64,000 nucleotides of DNA from a bacterium (GCA_038128225.1 JAYPJF010000002.1:103451-167450); one strand, 5' to 3'. Positions 38,701-48,425 are shown, counted from the first letter of the stretch. Notes: generated by a model from the sequence alone, not told the origin. Made by a program: numbers and translations.

Positions 38701-38832
38701 CGGAACCTTAACTTCGGGGGAAGATTCTTTAGGAATTGCCACGAGTGACGCAATTCCTACGCCAAGAAGAGCGACAAGCAACAACAGAGTAAACTGTCTT
38801 TTCCTAAGGAAAAATGTCCACAACGGAAGCAT
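35710..38832 (-). CDS. RND efflux transporter, AcrB/HAE1-like permease (1040 aa)
   Basis: 12-TM architecture with two large periplasmic loops; typical AcrB-family blocks (e.g. GIVVVEAIH, LVDDAIVVVE-like). Confidence 0.85.
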   Translation of the reverse strand: MLPLWTFFLRKRQFTLLLLVALLGVGIASLVAIPKESSPEVKVPVGIVSVVLPGASAEDVEQLITNEIEDGVYNLPNLNKLTSRSSEGVSIVTVEFNASADLDKSIQELKDEVDTIKPRLPEEAEDPVVSEVNFADQPVLIASVSGDFLPSELFELSETIIDELESVGGVGRVEVSGVRNREVQVVVNREKLDQYNVRLIDVATAIQSANVSLPVGNIIVNNIEYTLALKSDVDVASEVQNIPINTGSGIPLYVRDVALVSDGVEAARSYSRLSVDGTPSQPALTINVFKTAQANILSVAQDATEKLEEMQRTGVITGEIATVLDQADEIKRDLFELTETGAVTMLLVMLVLFVTLGWREAIVAGLSIPLSFLIAFIGLYVSGNSINFVSLFSLILAIGILVDSGIVVVEAIHTRIHKYKTKEEAARASLEEYAWPLIAGTLTTVAVFVPLFFISGIVGEFIASIPFTIIFVLMASIFVALGLVPLITVMAVRTERSRLEEIQDAYNARAQQWYRSFLDGILGNRTKENRFLIGILVLFVASIALPATGAVHSIFFPQEDLNFIYIEIEKPAGTSLQATDLSTREVEELLYDKPYIESFVSTTGSGSSFNQNAGSGARFANITILLREDRSVTSTEAVEDLRDAIAQVSSADVRVYEPNNGPPTGAPVLIKFAGEDLTELATAVSKAEDLLAEIPGATEITTSTRNNTTQFAFSVDRAKAAANGLSPLLIAQTLRTAVNGAIATTIKAGGTDIDVLVKLDLNPNFRDPSETNHVTADAIRQIAIETPAGPILLGSVLDVTLEPGNTSITHEDRLRIESVAAYTKPGTTPVAITQAFEEKIETVEIPEGVHMIVGGETEEVDRSFREMFFAFIGGLVLMFAILVLEFNSIRHTLYLLSVVPLSLIGVMFGLFLMQQPLSFSSLLGIIALAGVIINHAIILLDSMKRFETQRIELSHREVVIEAAASRLRAILLTTITTVVGMIPLAGSSALWGPLAYAIMFGLLFATVLTLLFVPILYYRWPGKLALANQSPSGTLPPSNL

Positions 38833-38835
38833 GGT

Positions 38836-40485
38836 TTATTGAACAGCCACTTCTTGCCCCTCTTTGAGTCCGCGTACGTCTAAGACAATCCGCGTGTCGT
38901 CGGAAACGCCAGTGACTTCGACCTTGTCACCAAGGAGCGTTCCAATCTCAATCGGGTGTGCGACAAGCGTGGATTCGGGAGAAACGCTAAAAACAATAGC
39001 GCGGTTCGCTTCGATTTTGATAGCCTCAACTGGAATTGCGATAGCACGTGCAGCATTAGTGCGTGTTGTCTGCACGCGAGGAATTTCGATACGCACTGAT
39101 TCGCCATTGGTGAGCGTCGTTTGATCAGCGACTGCAATGCGCACTTCGATTTTCTTTGTCGTGGGGTCAATCGCACTTGCTATTTTAGTAATCGTGCCGG
39201 TTGTTTGTTCGATGCGGACTTCGGTGCCTTCGGCGATTGTGTTTCGATCATCTTCTGAAACGTATGTAAGTATTTCAAGCGCGTTGTTGTTCGAAACCAC
39301 TGCAACGGACTGGAGTGGCGAAACATAGTCACCGCGACTAATCGAAAGACTGTTAAGAGTTCCTCCGATAGGAGCGCGCACGATTGTCTTTTCAAGGGCC
39401 GAAAGCGCCGCGCTGTATGCGCCTTGAGCTTGTTTGAGCGCTGCTTGTGCGGTCGCGATTTCTTCCGAACGGCCTGTGGTGTCCTGATTTACCTGGCGCT
39501 CAGCGACCGCGCTCTGTGTTGCCTTACTATTCAGGTCTTGTGCCGCGCCTGACAATGTGCCGAGCGCTGTTGCAAGTGTTGATCGCGCGGCACTTGCGAG
39601 AGAAATGTAGCCATTAATTTCCTCTTGGGTCACGTTTTGTGTCGCGATCCCTTTATTGAGTGCACTTGATAGCAAATCAACAAAAGTTCGAATCGCGCGC
39701 GTTTCTTCTTGCGCCAATTCAAGTTCAGCAAAAAGATCACTTGTTGCCGTGACACGGTCTCGGCGCGCTGCTTGCGCATCAAGGATTTGTTCAATAACGA
39801 TCCGCTGTTGTTCTACTTGGTTTTTCAGTGCGCTATCCGATGTTTGTACGTTCAGACGAGGCACGCTTGAACGCGGGTTTGAAAACATGGTGTCAAGTTT
39901 TGAGTATATGACGTCATCGTTTGTGTTGTAGGCAGTGGCAATCGTATTGACCGTTGCGCTGCGCGCTTCTGAAAGCGCTGTTGCGGCACTTTGTGCGGAT
40001 ACTTTAGTAATATCCTGCGATTCTGTGCGTGAACCGTTTTCGAGGCGAGCGAGCGCTGCTTTTGCACTGTCGAGAACACCCTCTGCCTGTGTGACCGCTG
40101 CACGTTGGGCGCTGTTCTCGATTTCCGCAATGATGCGCCCCGCCCCCACCGTGTCTCCGAGCTGGTAGTACACGTTGGTGACTCGGCCACTTGTCTCTGT
40201 GCGGAGCTCCGCCTCGCTTTTTGACTCCACTTTGCCGACGACAGGTAGTGGTGTCGTGTTCGCAACAATGTCAGCGATGGAAAGCACGGAAACTGTTCGC
40301 GCACGAGGTTCTTCTTCTACGACCGCAGTTTCTTCGCCGGACAAGAAAAAAAGGCCGACAATTGCCAGTACGAGAAGCATCGCACTAACTTGGTAGGTGC
40401 GCGGTGAGCGTGTTGTTGCATAGACCCACATCGAACCAATGCGGCTGCGCATTTGTGACACTGAAAGTAAATTGAAATACTGCAT
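38836..40485 (-). CDS. RND efflux membrane fusion protein (HlyD/AcrA-like periplasmic adaptor) with extended coiled coil
   Basis: N-terminal TM, a long alpha-helical hairpin, and C-terminal beta-barrel/lipoyl-like segments. Immediately upstream of the permease. The start among M27/M39 is uncertain. Confidence 0.7.
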   Translation of the reverse strand: MQYFNLLSVSQMRSRIGSMWVYATTRSPRTYQVSAMLLVLAIVGLFFLSGEETAVVEEEPRARTVSVLSIADIVANTTPLPVVGKVESKSEAELRTETSGRVTNVYYQLGDTVGAGRIIAEIENSAQRAAVTQAEGVLDSAKAALARLENGSRTESQDITKVSAQSAATALSEARSATVNTIATAYNTNDDVIYSKLDTMFSNPRSSVPRLNVQTSDSALKNQVEQQRIVIEQILDAQAARRDRVTATSDLFAELELAQEETRAIRTFVDLLSSALNKGIATQNVTQEEINGYISLASAARSTLATALGTLSGAAQDLNSKATQSAVAERQVNQDTTGRSEEIATAQAALKQAQGAYSAALSALEKTIVRAPIGGTLNSLSISRGDYVSPLQSVAVVSNNNALEILTYVSEDDRNTIAEGTEVRIEQTTGTITKIASAIDPTTKKIEVRIAVADQTTLTNGESVRIEIPRVQTTRTNAARAIAIPVEAIKIEANRAIVFSVSPESTLVAHPIEIGTLLGDKVEVTGVSDDTRIVLDVRGLKEGQEVAVQ

Positions 40486-40607
40486 GGCAAAAGCGTAATT
40501 ATTTATTGCGACACTACAATTTACCATGTCAAATACCACATTGTCAATTTGTGCATTACCCACAGAGTGGCGCGCGGTGACTATCCTGTGTCTGGTATAC
40601 TCGGCGT

Positions 40608-40832
40608 ATGTTAAAAAACTTCTTGCTTACGCAGGCCATAAAATCGGCTACAAAAAATTTGCCTGCCGATCAAAAAGAAAAAATTCAAAAGCTGGTTGAG
40701 GAAAAGCCGGAACTAGTCATGGAGTTGGCGACTGCAGTTCAGGCAGAGGTCCAAAGTGGAAAGAGTATGCAGGAAGCAATTCAGGCGGTTTTTGAAAAGC
40801 GCGGTGGGGAATTGAAGACCCTTTTTGCATAA
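40608..40832 (+). CDS. hypothetical small helical protein (74 aa)
   Basis: ORF with a 3-nt gap to the next gene. Confidence 0.35.
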   Translation: MLKNFLLTQAIKSATKNLPADQKEKIQKLVEEKPELVMELATAVQAEVQSGKSMQEAIQAVFEKRGGELKTLFA

Positions 40833-40835
40833 CGT

Positions 40836-41411
40836 ATGAAGAAAATTTTCATTGTACTTGGCAATCCTGACAAGGATTCATTCACCGGAGCGCTTGCCGA
40901 TCAGTATGAGCAAGCAGCGCGTGAGGCAGGCCACGACGTGCGCCGCATGAATATTGAGGAAATGCAATTTGACCCCATTCTCCACAAAGGATACAAATCG
41001 ATCCAAGAACTTGAACCCGATCTTAAGACGATGCAAGAGCATGTGCGCTGGGCTGACCATTTTGTGGTGTTGTATCCAAATTGGTGGTGTGCAATGCCGG
41101 CAAAACTGAAAGGCATGTTTGATCGGGCGTGGTTGCCTGGTTTTGCATTTAACTTTGACAAAAAAACTAAAGCACTCATCCAAAGACTGCACGGAAAAAC
41201 CGCGCGGGTTGTGGTTGTTGCGGGCACGCACAGTCCGTTTATGACGTGGTTAAAGTTTGGTGATTATACAAACGAAATTTCGCGAGGTATTTTGGGATTT
41301 GCGGGGTTTGATGTCCGAGTTTCAACTTTTGGGCCGTGTGACCATGTAGAACCTCACGTACATAACGAATGGATGAACGAGATTCGTGATCTTGGGGCTC
41401 GTGGCGCGTAA
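40836..41411 (+). CDS. flavodoxin-like fold NAD(P)H dehydrogenase (quinone) family protein
   Basis: MKKIFIVLGNPDKDSFTGALA...HFVVLYPNWWCAMPAKLKGMFDR pattern of the Flavodoxin_2 / NAD(P)H:quinone oxidoreductase family. Confidence 0.65.
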   Translation: MKKIFIVLGNPDKDSFTGALADQYEQAAREAGHDVRRMNIEEMQFDPILHKGYKSIQELEPDLKTMQEHVRWADHFVVLYPNWWCAMPAKLKGMFDRAWLPGFAFNFDKKTKALIQRLHGKTARVVVVAGTHSPFMTWLKFGDYTNEISRGILGFAGFDVRVSTFGPCDHVEPHVHNEWMNEIRDLGARGA

Positions 41412-41551
41412 GTTTGTACCCGTACGAACATTCCTCGCATCAGCGAGGGAGTCATAACGGGCTTTCAAAGCGAGTATTTTTCAGCTAAGGTACACACAGA
41501 CCGGTTCTTTGAATGGTCAGGAAAAACCGGCGAAAAGTGAAAGGACAGACT

Positions 41552-42865
41552 ATGAACGCAACGGAGTCGTATGAGGCTTCTGGTGGGCGGTACCCACAGG
41601 GAGTACTTGTGTACGGAGGCAAGACCAAACGAGTGTATGAGGTTCGAGGAGACCCTCGCTTGGCAATCCTTTCTTCCAAAGATGACATCACCGCAGGAGA
41701 CGGTGCAAAACATGACGTTATGCCCGGCAAAGCACGTTTCGCAAACGAAACGACATGTAATGTCTTTAGATTGCTTGAAGCGTGCGACATCCCGGTGGCG
41801 TTCAAAGAGTACCTTAACGCAACAGCGTTTGTTGCGCATAAGTGCACCATGCTTCCGTTTGAGGTGGTGGTTCGGCGCGCAGCATGTGGGTCGTATCTCA
41901 AGCGCAACCCGCATTTCGCGCGCGAGCAGTTATTCCCTCGGCTTGTTGTCGAATTTTTTCTGAAGACGTCTGGGAGGAAGTGGGAAGAGCGTACACTTGA
42001 GTGTGATGATCCGCTCTTGGTTCATTCAGAAGAAGCGAGAACCATTTCTTTGTACCATCCCGCAAAGTTGTTCACGCCGCACGCACCGTTTCTTGTATTG
42101 CCTGAACTCGATGTCTTTAGGCACACAAGGAACCGGAATGTTTTTGCGGCATTGGAGCGCGTTGCTCGGCAGGCGTTTCTTGTGCTTGAGAAGGCTTGGC
42201 ACGTACAAAACGGCACGTTACTCGATTTCAAGGTTGAATTTGGCTTTGATGTCGATGGGAGCATACGCCTCGCAGACGTCATTGACAATGACTCGTGGCG
42301 TGTTGTTTCGAACGGCTCGCATCTCGACAAACAATTGTACCGCGATGGTGGTGCGCTGAATGTTGTAGAAAGAGCGTATGCGCGCGTCGCAAAAGTAACG
42401 CAGCGATTTTGCGTGCCTGCGCAGCGCATTTTTCTCTGGCGTGAGACGGTCGATACAAGCCTCGCAGTGTTTGAGAATACACTTGAGGGCCTGCACGACT
42501 TGATAACAGTTGTCACGTGTCCAGTACAAAGAAGACCCACCGCTGCGGTCACGACGCTGCAGAGTTTGCAGCACAGCGATCCAGACGCGGTCGTCGTCTT
42601 CTGTCAGGATTCGGTCGACGGTGCATGCAGCACGATACTTTCCCTACACTCGACCGTTCCGGTTATTGCAGTGTGCGCCGCTGGAGAGGTTCGCTCAAAC
42701 ACCTTGACGATCTCTACGACGAGAAAAGCGCCACTAATGCGCGTTAGCAGCCCAGAGGAAGCTGTTGCAGCTGCGTTGCAGATACTTGCCGTGCGAAATC
42801 CAAAGATCTACGCGCGGCAGTGTTTCGAAATGGAAAAGGACGCAGAGAACGCGTTCCGGATCTGA
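41552..42865 (+). CDS. purC: SAICAR synthetase (PurC) with a C-terminal degenerate PurE-like/flavodoxin-fold extension of about 160 aa
   Basis: The N-terminal 280 aa carry PurC blocks (YGGKTKRVYEV, ITAGDGAKHDVMPGKARFANETTCNVFRLL, LLDFKVEFG). The C-terminus (VVVFCQDSVDGACSTILSLHSTVPVIAVCAAGEV...ALQILAV) has a PurE-like alternating pattern but lacks the canonical PurE catalytic residues. Confidence 0.6.
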   Translation: MNATESYEASGGRYPQGVLVYGGKTKRVYEVRGDPRLAILSSKDDITAGDGAKHDVMPGKARFANETTCNVFRLLEACDIPVAFKEYLNATAFVAHKCTMLPFEVVVRRAACGSYLKRNPHFAREQLFPRLVVEFFLKTSGRKWEERTLECDDPLLVHSEEARTISLYHPAKLFTPHAPFLVLPELDVFRHTRNRNVFAALERVARQAFLVLEKAWHVQNGTLLDFKVEFGFDVDGSIRLADVIDNDSWRVVSNGSHLDKQLYRDGGALNVVERAYARVAKVTQRFCVPAQRIFLWRETVDTSLAVFENTLEGLHDLITVVTCPVQRRPTAAVTTLQSLQHSDPDAVVVFCQDSVDGACSTILSLHSTVPVIAVCAAGEVRSNTLTISTTRKAPLMRVSSPEEAVAAALQILAVRNPKIYARQCFEMEKDAENAFRI

Positions 42866-42952
42866 GAAGTGCATTTAGTACGCCCCCGGCGAATGCCGGG
42901 GGCTCTCTATATAAAACGGAAAAAATGCGCTATAGTGCAGCACACTTTTGAT

Positions 42953-44065
42953 ATGTCGAGCAGCAAACTAGCGATAGGGATAGTGGGACTTCCTAATGTC
43001 GGGAAATCGACGTTATTTACGGCGCTTACTAAAAAACAAGTGCTCATCGCAAACTATCCATTCGCGACCATCGATCCTACAGTAGGTGTTGTTGCAGTTC
43101 CTGATCGTAGGCTTGATCAACTGAGTGCAATGTCGAAATCACAGAAAATCGTTCCGGCAATCGTGGAGTTTGTTGACATCGCTGGCTTGGTAAAGGGAGC
43201 TTCGCAAGGGGAAGGACTCGGAAACCAGTTTCTTTCAAATATTCGGGAAGTAGATGCAATCGCGCATGTGGTGCGCATGTTTGATGATCCTGACATCACT
43301 CACGTGAGTGGAGAAGTCGACCCCCGTCATGACATTGAAGTAATAAATCTTGAACTTATTTTGGCAGATTTACAAAGCGCGACAAAACGCCTTGATCGAG
43401 TGACGCGTGACGCACGCTCTGGTGACAAACAGCTCATCGCAGAGCGTGATCTGCTTACGAAGATTGTTGCAACACTTGAAACAGGGAAAATGGCAAGCAC
43501 CGTAGCATATGATCCTTTGGAAGAGCCCCTAGTGAAGCAACTGCAACTTCTCACCACTAAGCCGGTTTTGTATGTTCTCAATCGCAAAAATGGCGCCGTT
43601 AACATTGATGCAGAAAACGGAAACCGATGGCGTGAGCTGCAGGACTATTTTAAGGAAACACACGCACATTATGTTCTCGTTGATGCTGCAACTGAACACG
43701 AGCTTAACGATGTACACGATGACGAACGTGAGCAGTTTCGCCGCGAACTCGGAGTTGATGTAAGCGGCGTGGACGCACTTATTAAAGCAGGGTACGAGAC
43801 GTTAGACTTGCTTTCATATTTTACTACAGGTGAAAAAGAGTCCCGAGCCTGGACCGTAACGCGCGGGGCGACTGCTCCAGAAGCTGCCGGTGTGATTCAC
43901 ACTGATTTTAAGGACAAATTTATTCGCGCGGATGTTATCCCATGGGAAGCGCTACTGAATGCCGGTTCGTGGAGTAGTGCGCGAGAGAAAGGATTAGTGC
44001 GAACAGAGGGGAAAGAATACATTGTGCAGGACGGTGATGTTATGGAATTTCGCCACGGCGCCTAA
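42953..44065 (+). CDS. ychF: ribosome-binding ATPase YchF (Obg-family GTPase)
   Basis: G1 [13 protein letters not shown]; NxxD-like [12 protein letters not shown]; C-terminal TGS domain ([13 protein letters not shown]). Confidence 0.9.
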   Translation: MSSSKLAIGIVGLPNVGKSTLFTALTKKQVLIANYPFATIDPTVGVVAVPDRRLDQLSAMSKSQKIVPAIVEFVDIAGLVKGASQGEGLGNQFLSNIREVDAIAHVVRMFDDPDITHVSGEVDPRHDIEVINLELILADLQSATKRLDRVTRDARSGDKQLIAERDLLTKIVATLETGKMASTVAYDPLEEPLVKQLQLLTTKPVLYVLNRKNGAVNIDAENGNRWRELQDYFKETHAHYVLVDAATEHELNDVHDDEREQFRRELGVDVSGVDALIKAGYETLDLLSYFTTGEKESRAWTVTRGATAPEAAGVIHTDFKDKFIRADVIPWEALLNAGSWSSAREKGLVRTEGKEYIVQDGDVMEFRHGA

Positions 44066-44135
44066 AGCCACACACTTTTACTCTTAGCATTGCGTGATTG
44101 ATCGTCAGAAGAGGGAGGTGTACCATATCTGTATT

Positions 44136-45068
44136 ATGGAAAAACCAATACGGGCTACTCCCAAGGATTTCTTTGTGTGGTTGGGCGCACTTATTACGAT
44201 GTATGGAAGTGTCGCTGCGCTTATCACACTTCTTTTTCAGTATATCGACTATTCGTTTCCAGATCCGTTGGAATACTACTATGCCGATCCGTATTCTGGC
44301 CCAATTCGCTTTGCGATGGCGACATTGATTGTACTGGTCCCTGTGGCAATACTTTTGATGCGTATCATTCGCAAAGATATCGCACATAACCCAATGAAAA
44401 ACGATCTTTGGGTGAGGCGTTGGGCGCTCGTTCTTACAGTGTTTCTTGCCGCCGCGATTGCAATCGGCGACCTTATCACGCTCATCAATTACTTTTTAGG
44501 CGGTGAATTAACTGCACGCTTTTTGCTCAAGGTTGCGGTGGTGCTGCTCGTTGCAGGCGGTGTCTTTTTCCACTTTTTGGCAGACTTGCGTGGCTACTGG
44601 GCAAAAAATGCTGACAAAGCGAACATGGTTGGGATAGCGGCGGGTATTTTGGTCATACTCAGTATCACTGCAGGATTCTTCATTATGGGTTCGCCTGCAC
44701 AAGTCCGCCTGTATCGATTCGACGATCAAAAAGTACAAGATCTCACAAATATTCAATGGCAACTTGTTAACTACTACCAGCAAAAAGAGCGGTTGCCCGA
44801 TGCTCTTAGTGAGCTCGAAGATCCAATAAGCGGCTTCATCACTCCTACTGATCCTCAAACTGGTGAAACGTACCTGTACCAGAAAGAAGGCGATGAATCT
44901 TTCCGTTTGTGTGCACAGTTCAATACAGAAAGTCGACAAAGCCCCACGCGGCCGACATACAACGGCATTTCAGAAAATTGGGAACATGCCGAAGGTGAGA
45001 CTTGTTTCTCGCGCGTCATTGATCCCGAACGATACCCTCCGTTTGAGAAGCCTGTGCCAGCCCGGTAG
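44136..45068 (+). CDS. DUF5671 family membrane protein
   Basis: Four to five TM helices followed by QLVNYYQQKERLPDALSEL...ETYLYQKEGDESFRLCA, a pattern recurrent in Patescibacteria DUF5671 proteins. Start uncertain. Confidence 0.55.
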   Translation: MEKPIRATPKDFFVWLGALITMYGSVAALITLLFQYIDYSFPDPLEYYYADPYSGPIRFAMATLIVLVPVAILLMRIIRKDIAHNPMKNDLWVRRWALVLTVFLAAAIAIGDLITLINYFLGGELTARFLLKVAVVLLVAGGVFFHFLADLRGYWAKNADKANMVGIAAGILVILSITAGFFIMGSPAQVRLYRFDDQKVQDLTNIQWQLVNYYQQKERLPDALSELEDPISGFITPTDPQTGETYLYQKEGDESFRLCAQFNTESRQSPTRPTYNGISENWEHAEGETCFSRVIDPERYPPFEKPVPAR

Positions 45069-45177
45069 GTCATTTTAAGGCAGGGGATTACTGCCACTCC
45101 ACTGTGTAGACAGTAGAAGAAACATATGGTACCAAGTTCCCGGTGCCTCCACGGGGAGGCTACACTGGAGAATTCCC

Positions 45178-45516
45178 ATGATGCGCACACTGCTTGTGGT
45201 TGTTCTTATGCTTCTTGCCCAGTCCGCGGTTGGGGCACAAGAAGTTCACAAGATGATACAATCCTGGGTGTATGTAAGTTCGGATGGGATGCGAGTCGAA
45301 GAGTGGCACATGTACCCAAATGGAAGCCAAGTGCCTTATCGGAGTTTTGACTTTTCGGCTGAGCGATTTTGCAGTCATACAGTGTACACGATCGTCGGCG
45401 CGTCAACGATGACCAGCGATTGTGTCGCGTTCAAAGTTTTGTTGGCCACTCCAAAAGGCAAAACGCTTTTCAAAGAGATCAGCGCTCGTCGCGATGCGTT
45501 TTTAGCCAATAATTGA
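45178..45516 (+). CDS. small secreted hypothetical protein (signal peptide)
   Basis: MMRTLLVVVLMLLAQSAVGA signal. Terminator hairpin GAAGCGCGCAA...TTGCGCGCTTC follows at 45523-45560. Confidence 0.45.
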   Translation: MMRTLLVVVLMLLAQSAVGAQEVHKMIQSWVYVSSDGMRVEEWHMYPNGSQVPYRSFDFSAERFCSHTVYTIVGASTMTSDCVAFKVLLATPKGKTLFKEISARRDAFLANN

Positions 45517-45587
45517 AGTTTTCGAAGCGCGCAAAGACGATTCCTTGCGCGCTTCATCTTTTTGCCAAGCAATGATAGGCTATTTTC

Positions 45588-48425
45588 ATGCGGTACGATC
45601 ACAAAAAGATTGAGAAGAAATGGCAAAAAAAGTGGAAAAGTTCTAACCTGTACAAAACAAAGGACGACCCAAAAAAGAAAAAGTCATACGTGCTAGACAT
45701 GTTCCCATACCCGTCGGGAGAAGGACTCCATGTTGGACATCCAAAAGGATATATTGCCACTGACGTGTATTCGCGCCTTAAACGCATGCAGGGTTTTAAC
45801 ACACTTCACCCGATGGGATGGGACGCTTTCGGTCTCCCTGCAGAAAATTTTGCAATCAAGAACAAAATCCACCCACGTAAAGCGGTGGAAAAGAACATCA
45901 AGCGCTTTAAAGAACAACTTGCAATGCTTGGTTTCAACTACGATTGGAGTCGAGAAATCAACACCACGGACCCTGCGTACTATAAATGGACACAATGGAT
46001 ATTTTTGCAGCTCTATAAAAAAGGTCTTGCGTATCAATCAAATGAGCCAATTAATTGGTGTCCCTCATGTCAAACAGGACTTTCGAATGAAGATCTTGAC
46101 GGTGGCCTGTGTGAGCGTTGTGGCTCACAAGTAGAAAAACGTTCAATGCGTCAGTGGGTGCTTCGAATCACCCGGTATGCTGACCGATTGCTGAACGATC
46201 TTGAACTTCTTCCTAAATGGCCAGAACATATCAAAGAAGCCCAGCGCAACTGGATTGGTAGAAGCGAGGGTGCGCTTGTGTCGTTTTCGCTAACAGATGT
46301 CCCAGGGCAGACAAGTGGCACACACCAGGTTGAGGTTTTTACAACACGGCCGGACACCATGTTTGGCGCTACTTTTGTCGCGATTTCTCCCGAGTTGGCG
46401 CAGAAGTGGATCGAAGTAGGATGGCAGGCGTCAAAAGAGGTGCATGAGTACGTACAAAAGGCGCTTGCAGATCGAATAACACAAGGCGTTAAAGGTGTTC
46501 AAGAGAAAACAGGAATTCACGCGGGCATTAGTGCAATCAACCCCGCAAATCAGGAAAAAATCCCTGTGTGGGTTGCGAATTATGTACTGGGCGACGTTGG
46601 CACAGGGGCCATTATGGCGGTGCCGGCACACGATGAGCGAGACTTTGAGTTCGCAAAAAAATATCAGCTCCCCATAGTACAGGTCGTAAAGCCGGTGTAT
46701 GTCGACAAGATAAACCCGGTTCGCGAGGGTGTAAAAAACACCAAGCGCTCAATTGTTATCATTGCCGTAAAACATTGGGAGAAAGATTTGTATCTCATGA
46801 ACGCCTCGGAAAAATATAAGTGGAAAATACTCTTTACTGGAGGAATCGAAGAAGGAGAGGATCCAGTAGAAACGGCTAAGCGTGAAATTCGTGAAGAAAG
46901 TGGCTACAAGAATTTTCGCTCTGGGCGAGTGCTTGATTTCGTACACAAAGATGTTTTCTACGCGCCGCATAAAGGGGTAAATCGCGAGGTTGACGTTACT
47001 AATGTTTTACTTGAGCTCGAAAATGGCGAGATGGGCGAGATCACGGAAGAAGAGCAGGCGCTCCACCAAGTCTCATGGAAGACGCGTGAGGAAATGATTC
47101 AAGAGATTTCACATGACAATCACCGCTTTGTATTTCGTTATGCCACTGAAGGGGGGCGGCCAAATGATTGGTCAGGGACCCTCATCCATTCAGGAGCTTT
47201 CGACGGAATGACCTCAGATCAGGCAAAAAAGAAAATCACCGATCATGTCGGAGGAGTATGGACAACAACATACCGCATCAAGGATTGGGTATTTTCGCGG
47301 CAGCGGTACTGGGGAGAGCCCATCCCCATTATTCATTGTGCCGCGTGCGGCGTGGTGCCAGTGCCAGATAAAGACCTTCCAGTAAAACTTCCTGAAGTTA
47401 AAAACTATGCACCGACAGGGACAGGAGAGTCGCCGCTTGCGGCGATCGAAAAATGGGTCAATGTAGCGTGTCCGCACTGTAAAGGGAGGGCAAAGCGCGA
47501 GACAAACACAATGCCGCAGTGGGCGGGGTCTTCCTGGTACTGGCTTCGTTTTATGGATCCAAAAAACAAAAAGTCTTTTGTTGATAAAAAAAAGGAGCGC
47601 TATTGGAAACCTGTCGATGTGTACGTAGGTGGGGATCATGCGGTGCGGCATCTTATTTATGCGCGCTTTTGGCATAAATTTTTGTATGACCTGCATCTGG
47701 TTTCCGGCAAAGAACCGTTCACGCGTCTTGAGTTTCTCGGGTTCATTCTTGCAGAAGATGGGCGCAAAATGTCTAAGCGTTGGGGGAACATCATACGTCC
47801 AGACGACATTGTGAAAACGTGGGGTGCAGACACACTGCGTCTGTATGAAATGTTTATGGGGCCGTTTACTGATGCGATTGCGTGGAACACAAACAACATG
47901 ATTGGTGTACGGCGATTTTTGGAGCGCGTATGGACTCTCAGGGAAAGTGTAAGCGCGAAAGATAATCGGGACCTCGACGCGGTGCTCCATCGCACTATCA
48001 AAAAAGTGGGCGAAGATATCGAGGCGTTTAAATTCAACACTGCCGTAAGTCAGATGATGGTGTTTGTTAACGAAGCGCACGGCAAAGTAGTGGGGCGTGC
48101 GCAGTGGGAAATGTTTCTGAAAATTCTCGCACCTTTTGCGCCACATAGCACAGAAGAACTCTGGACTCAGCTTGGCTACAAGAAATCAATCCATCGTGAA
48201 TCATGGCCAAAGTACAGTGCGCGAAAAATAAAAGTTGCTGTAACAACAATCGCAGTGCAGGTGAACGGCAAAGTGCGCGGAGAGGTTTCTCTTGCGCCCG
48301 ACGCACCCAAAGATGACGCGTGCGCGGCGGGCCGTCTTGCAGTTTTGAAGTGGCTCGAAAACAAAGAAGAAAAGAACGTGATCTATGTGCCGGGAAAAAT
48401 CCTGAACTTCGTTATTGGAGAATAA
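45588..48425 (+). CDS. leuS: leucyl-tRNA synthetase carrying an inserted Nudix hydrolase domain (insertion about 46690-47180)
   Basis: HIGH-type motif (HVGHPKGY); editing CP1 region; AVPAHDERDFEFAKKY; KMSKR-type motif (KMSKRWGN). Between the AVPAHD motif and GTLIHSGAFDG lies a Nudix fold of about 160 aa with the box GGIEEGEDPVETAKREIREESGY. Confidence 0.9.
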   Translation: MRYDHKKIEKKWQKKWKSSNLYKTKDDPKKKKSYVLDMFPYPSGEGLHVGHPKGYIATDVYSRLKRMQGFNTLHPMGWDAFGLPAENFAIKNKIHPRKAVEKNIKRFKEQLAMLGFNYDWSREINTTDPAYYKWTQWIFLQLYKKGLAYQSNEPINWCPSCQTGLSNEDLDGGLCERCGSQVEKRSMRQWVLRITRYADRLLNDLELLPKWPEHIKEAQRNWIGRSEGALVSFSLTDVPGQTSGTHQVEVFTTRPDTMFGATFVAISPELAQKWIEVGWQASKEVHEYVQKALADRITQGVKGVQEKTGIHAGISAINPANQEKIPVWVANYVLGDVGTGAIMAVPAHDERDFEFAKKYQLPIVQVVKPVYVDKINPVREGVKNTKRSIVIIAVKHWEKDLYLMNASEKYKWKILFTGGIEEGEDPVETAKREIREESGYKNFRSGRVLDFVHKDVFYAPHKGVNREVDVTNVLLELENGEMGEITEEEQALHQVSWKTREEMIQEISHDNHRFVFRYATEGGRPNDWSGTLIHSGAFDGMTSDQAKKKITDHVGGVWTTTYRIKDWVFSRQRYWGEPIPIIHCAACGVVPVPDKDLPVKLPEVKNYAPTGTGESPLAAIEKWVNVACPHCKGRAKRETNTMPQWAGSSWYWLRFMDPKNKKSFVDKKKERYWKPVDVYVGGDHAVRHLIYARFWHKFLYDLHLVSGKEPFTRLEFLGFILAEDGRKMSKRWGNIIRPDDIVKTWGADTLRLYEMFMGPFTDAIAWNTNNMIGVRRFLERVWTLRESVSAKDNRDLDAVLHRTIKKVGEDIEAFKFNTAVSQMMVFVNEAHGKVVGRAQWEMFLKILAPFAPHSTEELWTQLGYKKSIHRESWPKYSARKIKVAVTTIAVQVNGKVRGEVSLAPDAPKDDACAAGRLAVLKWLENKEEKNVIYVPGKILNFVIGE

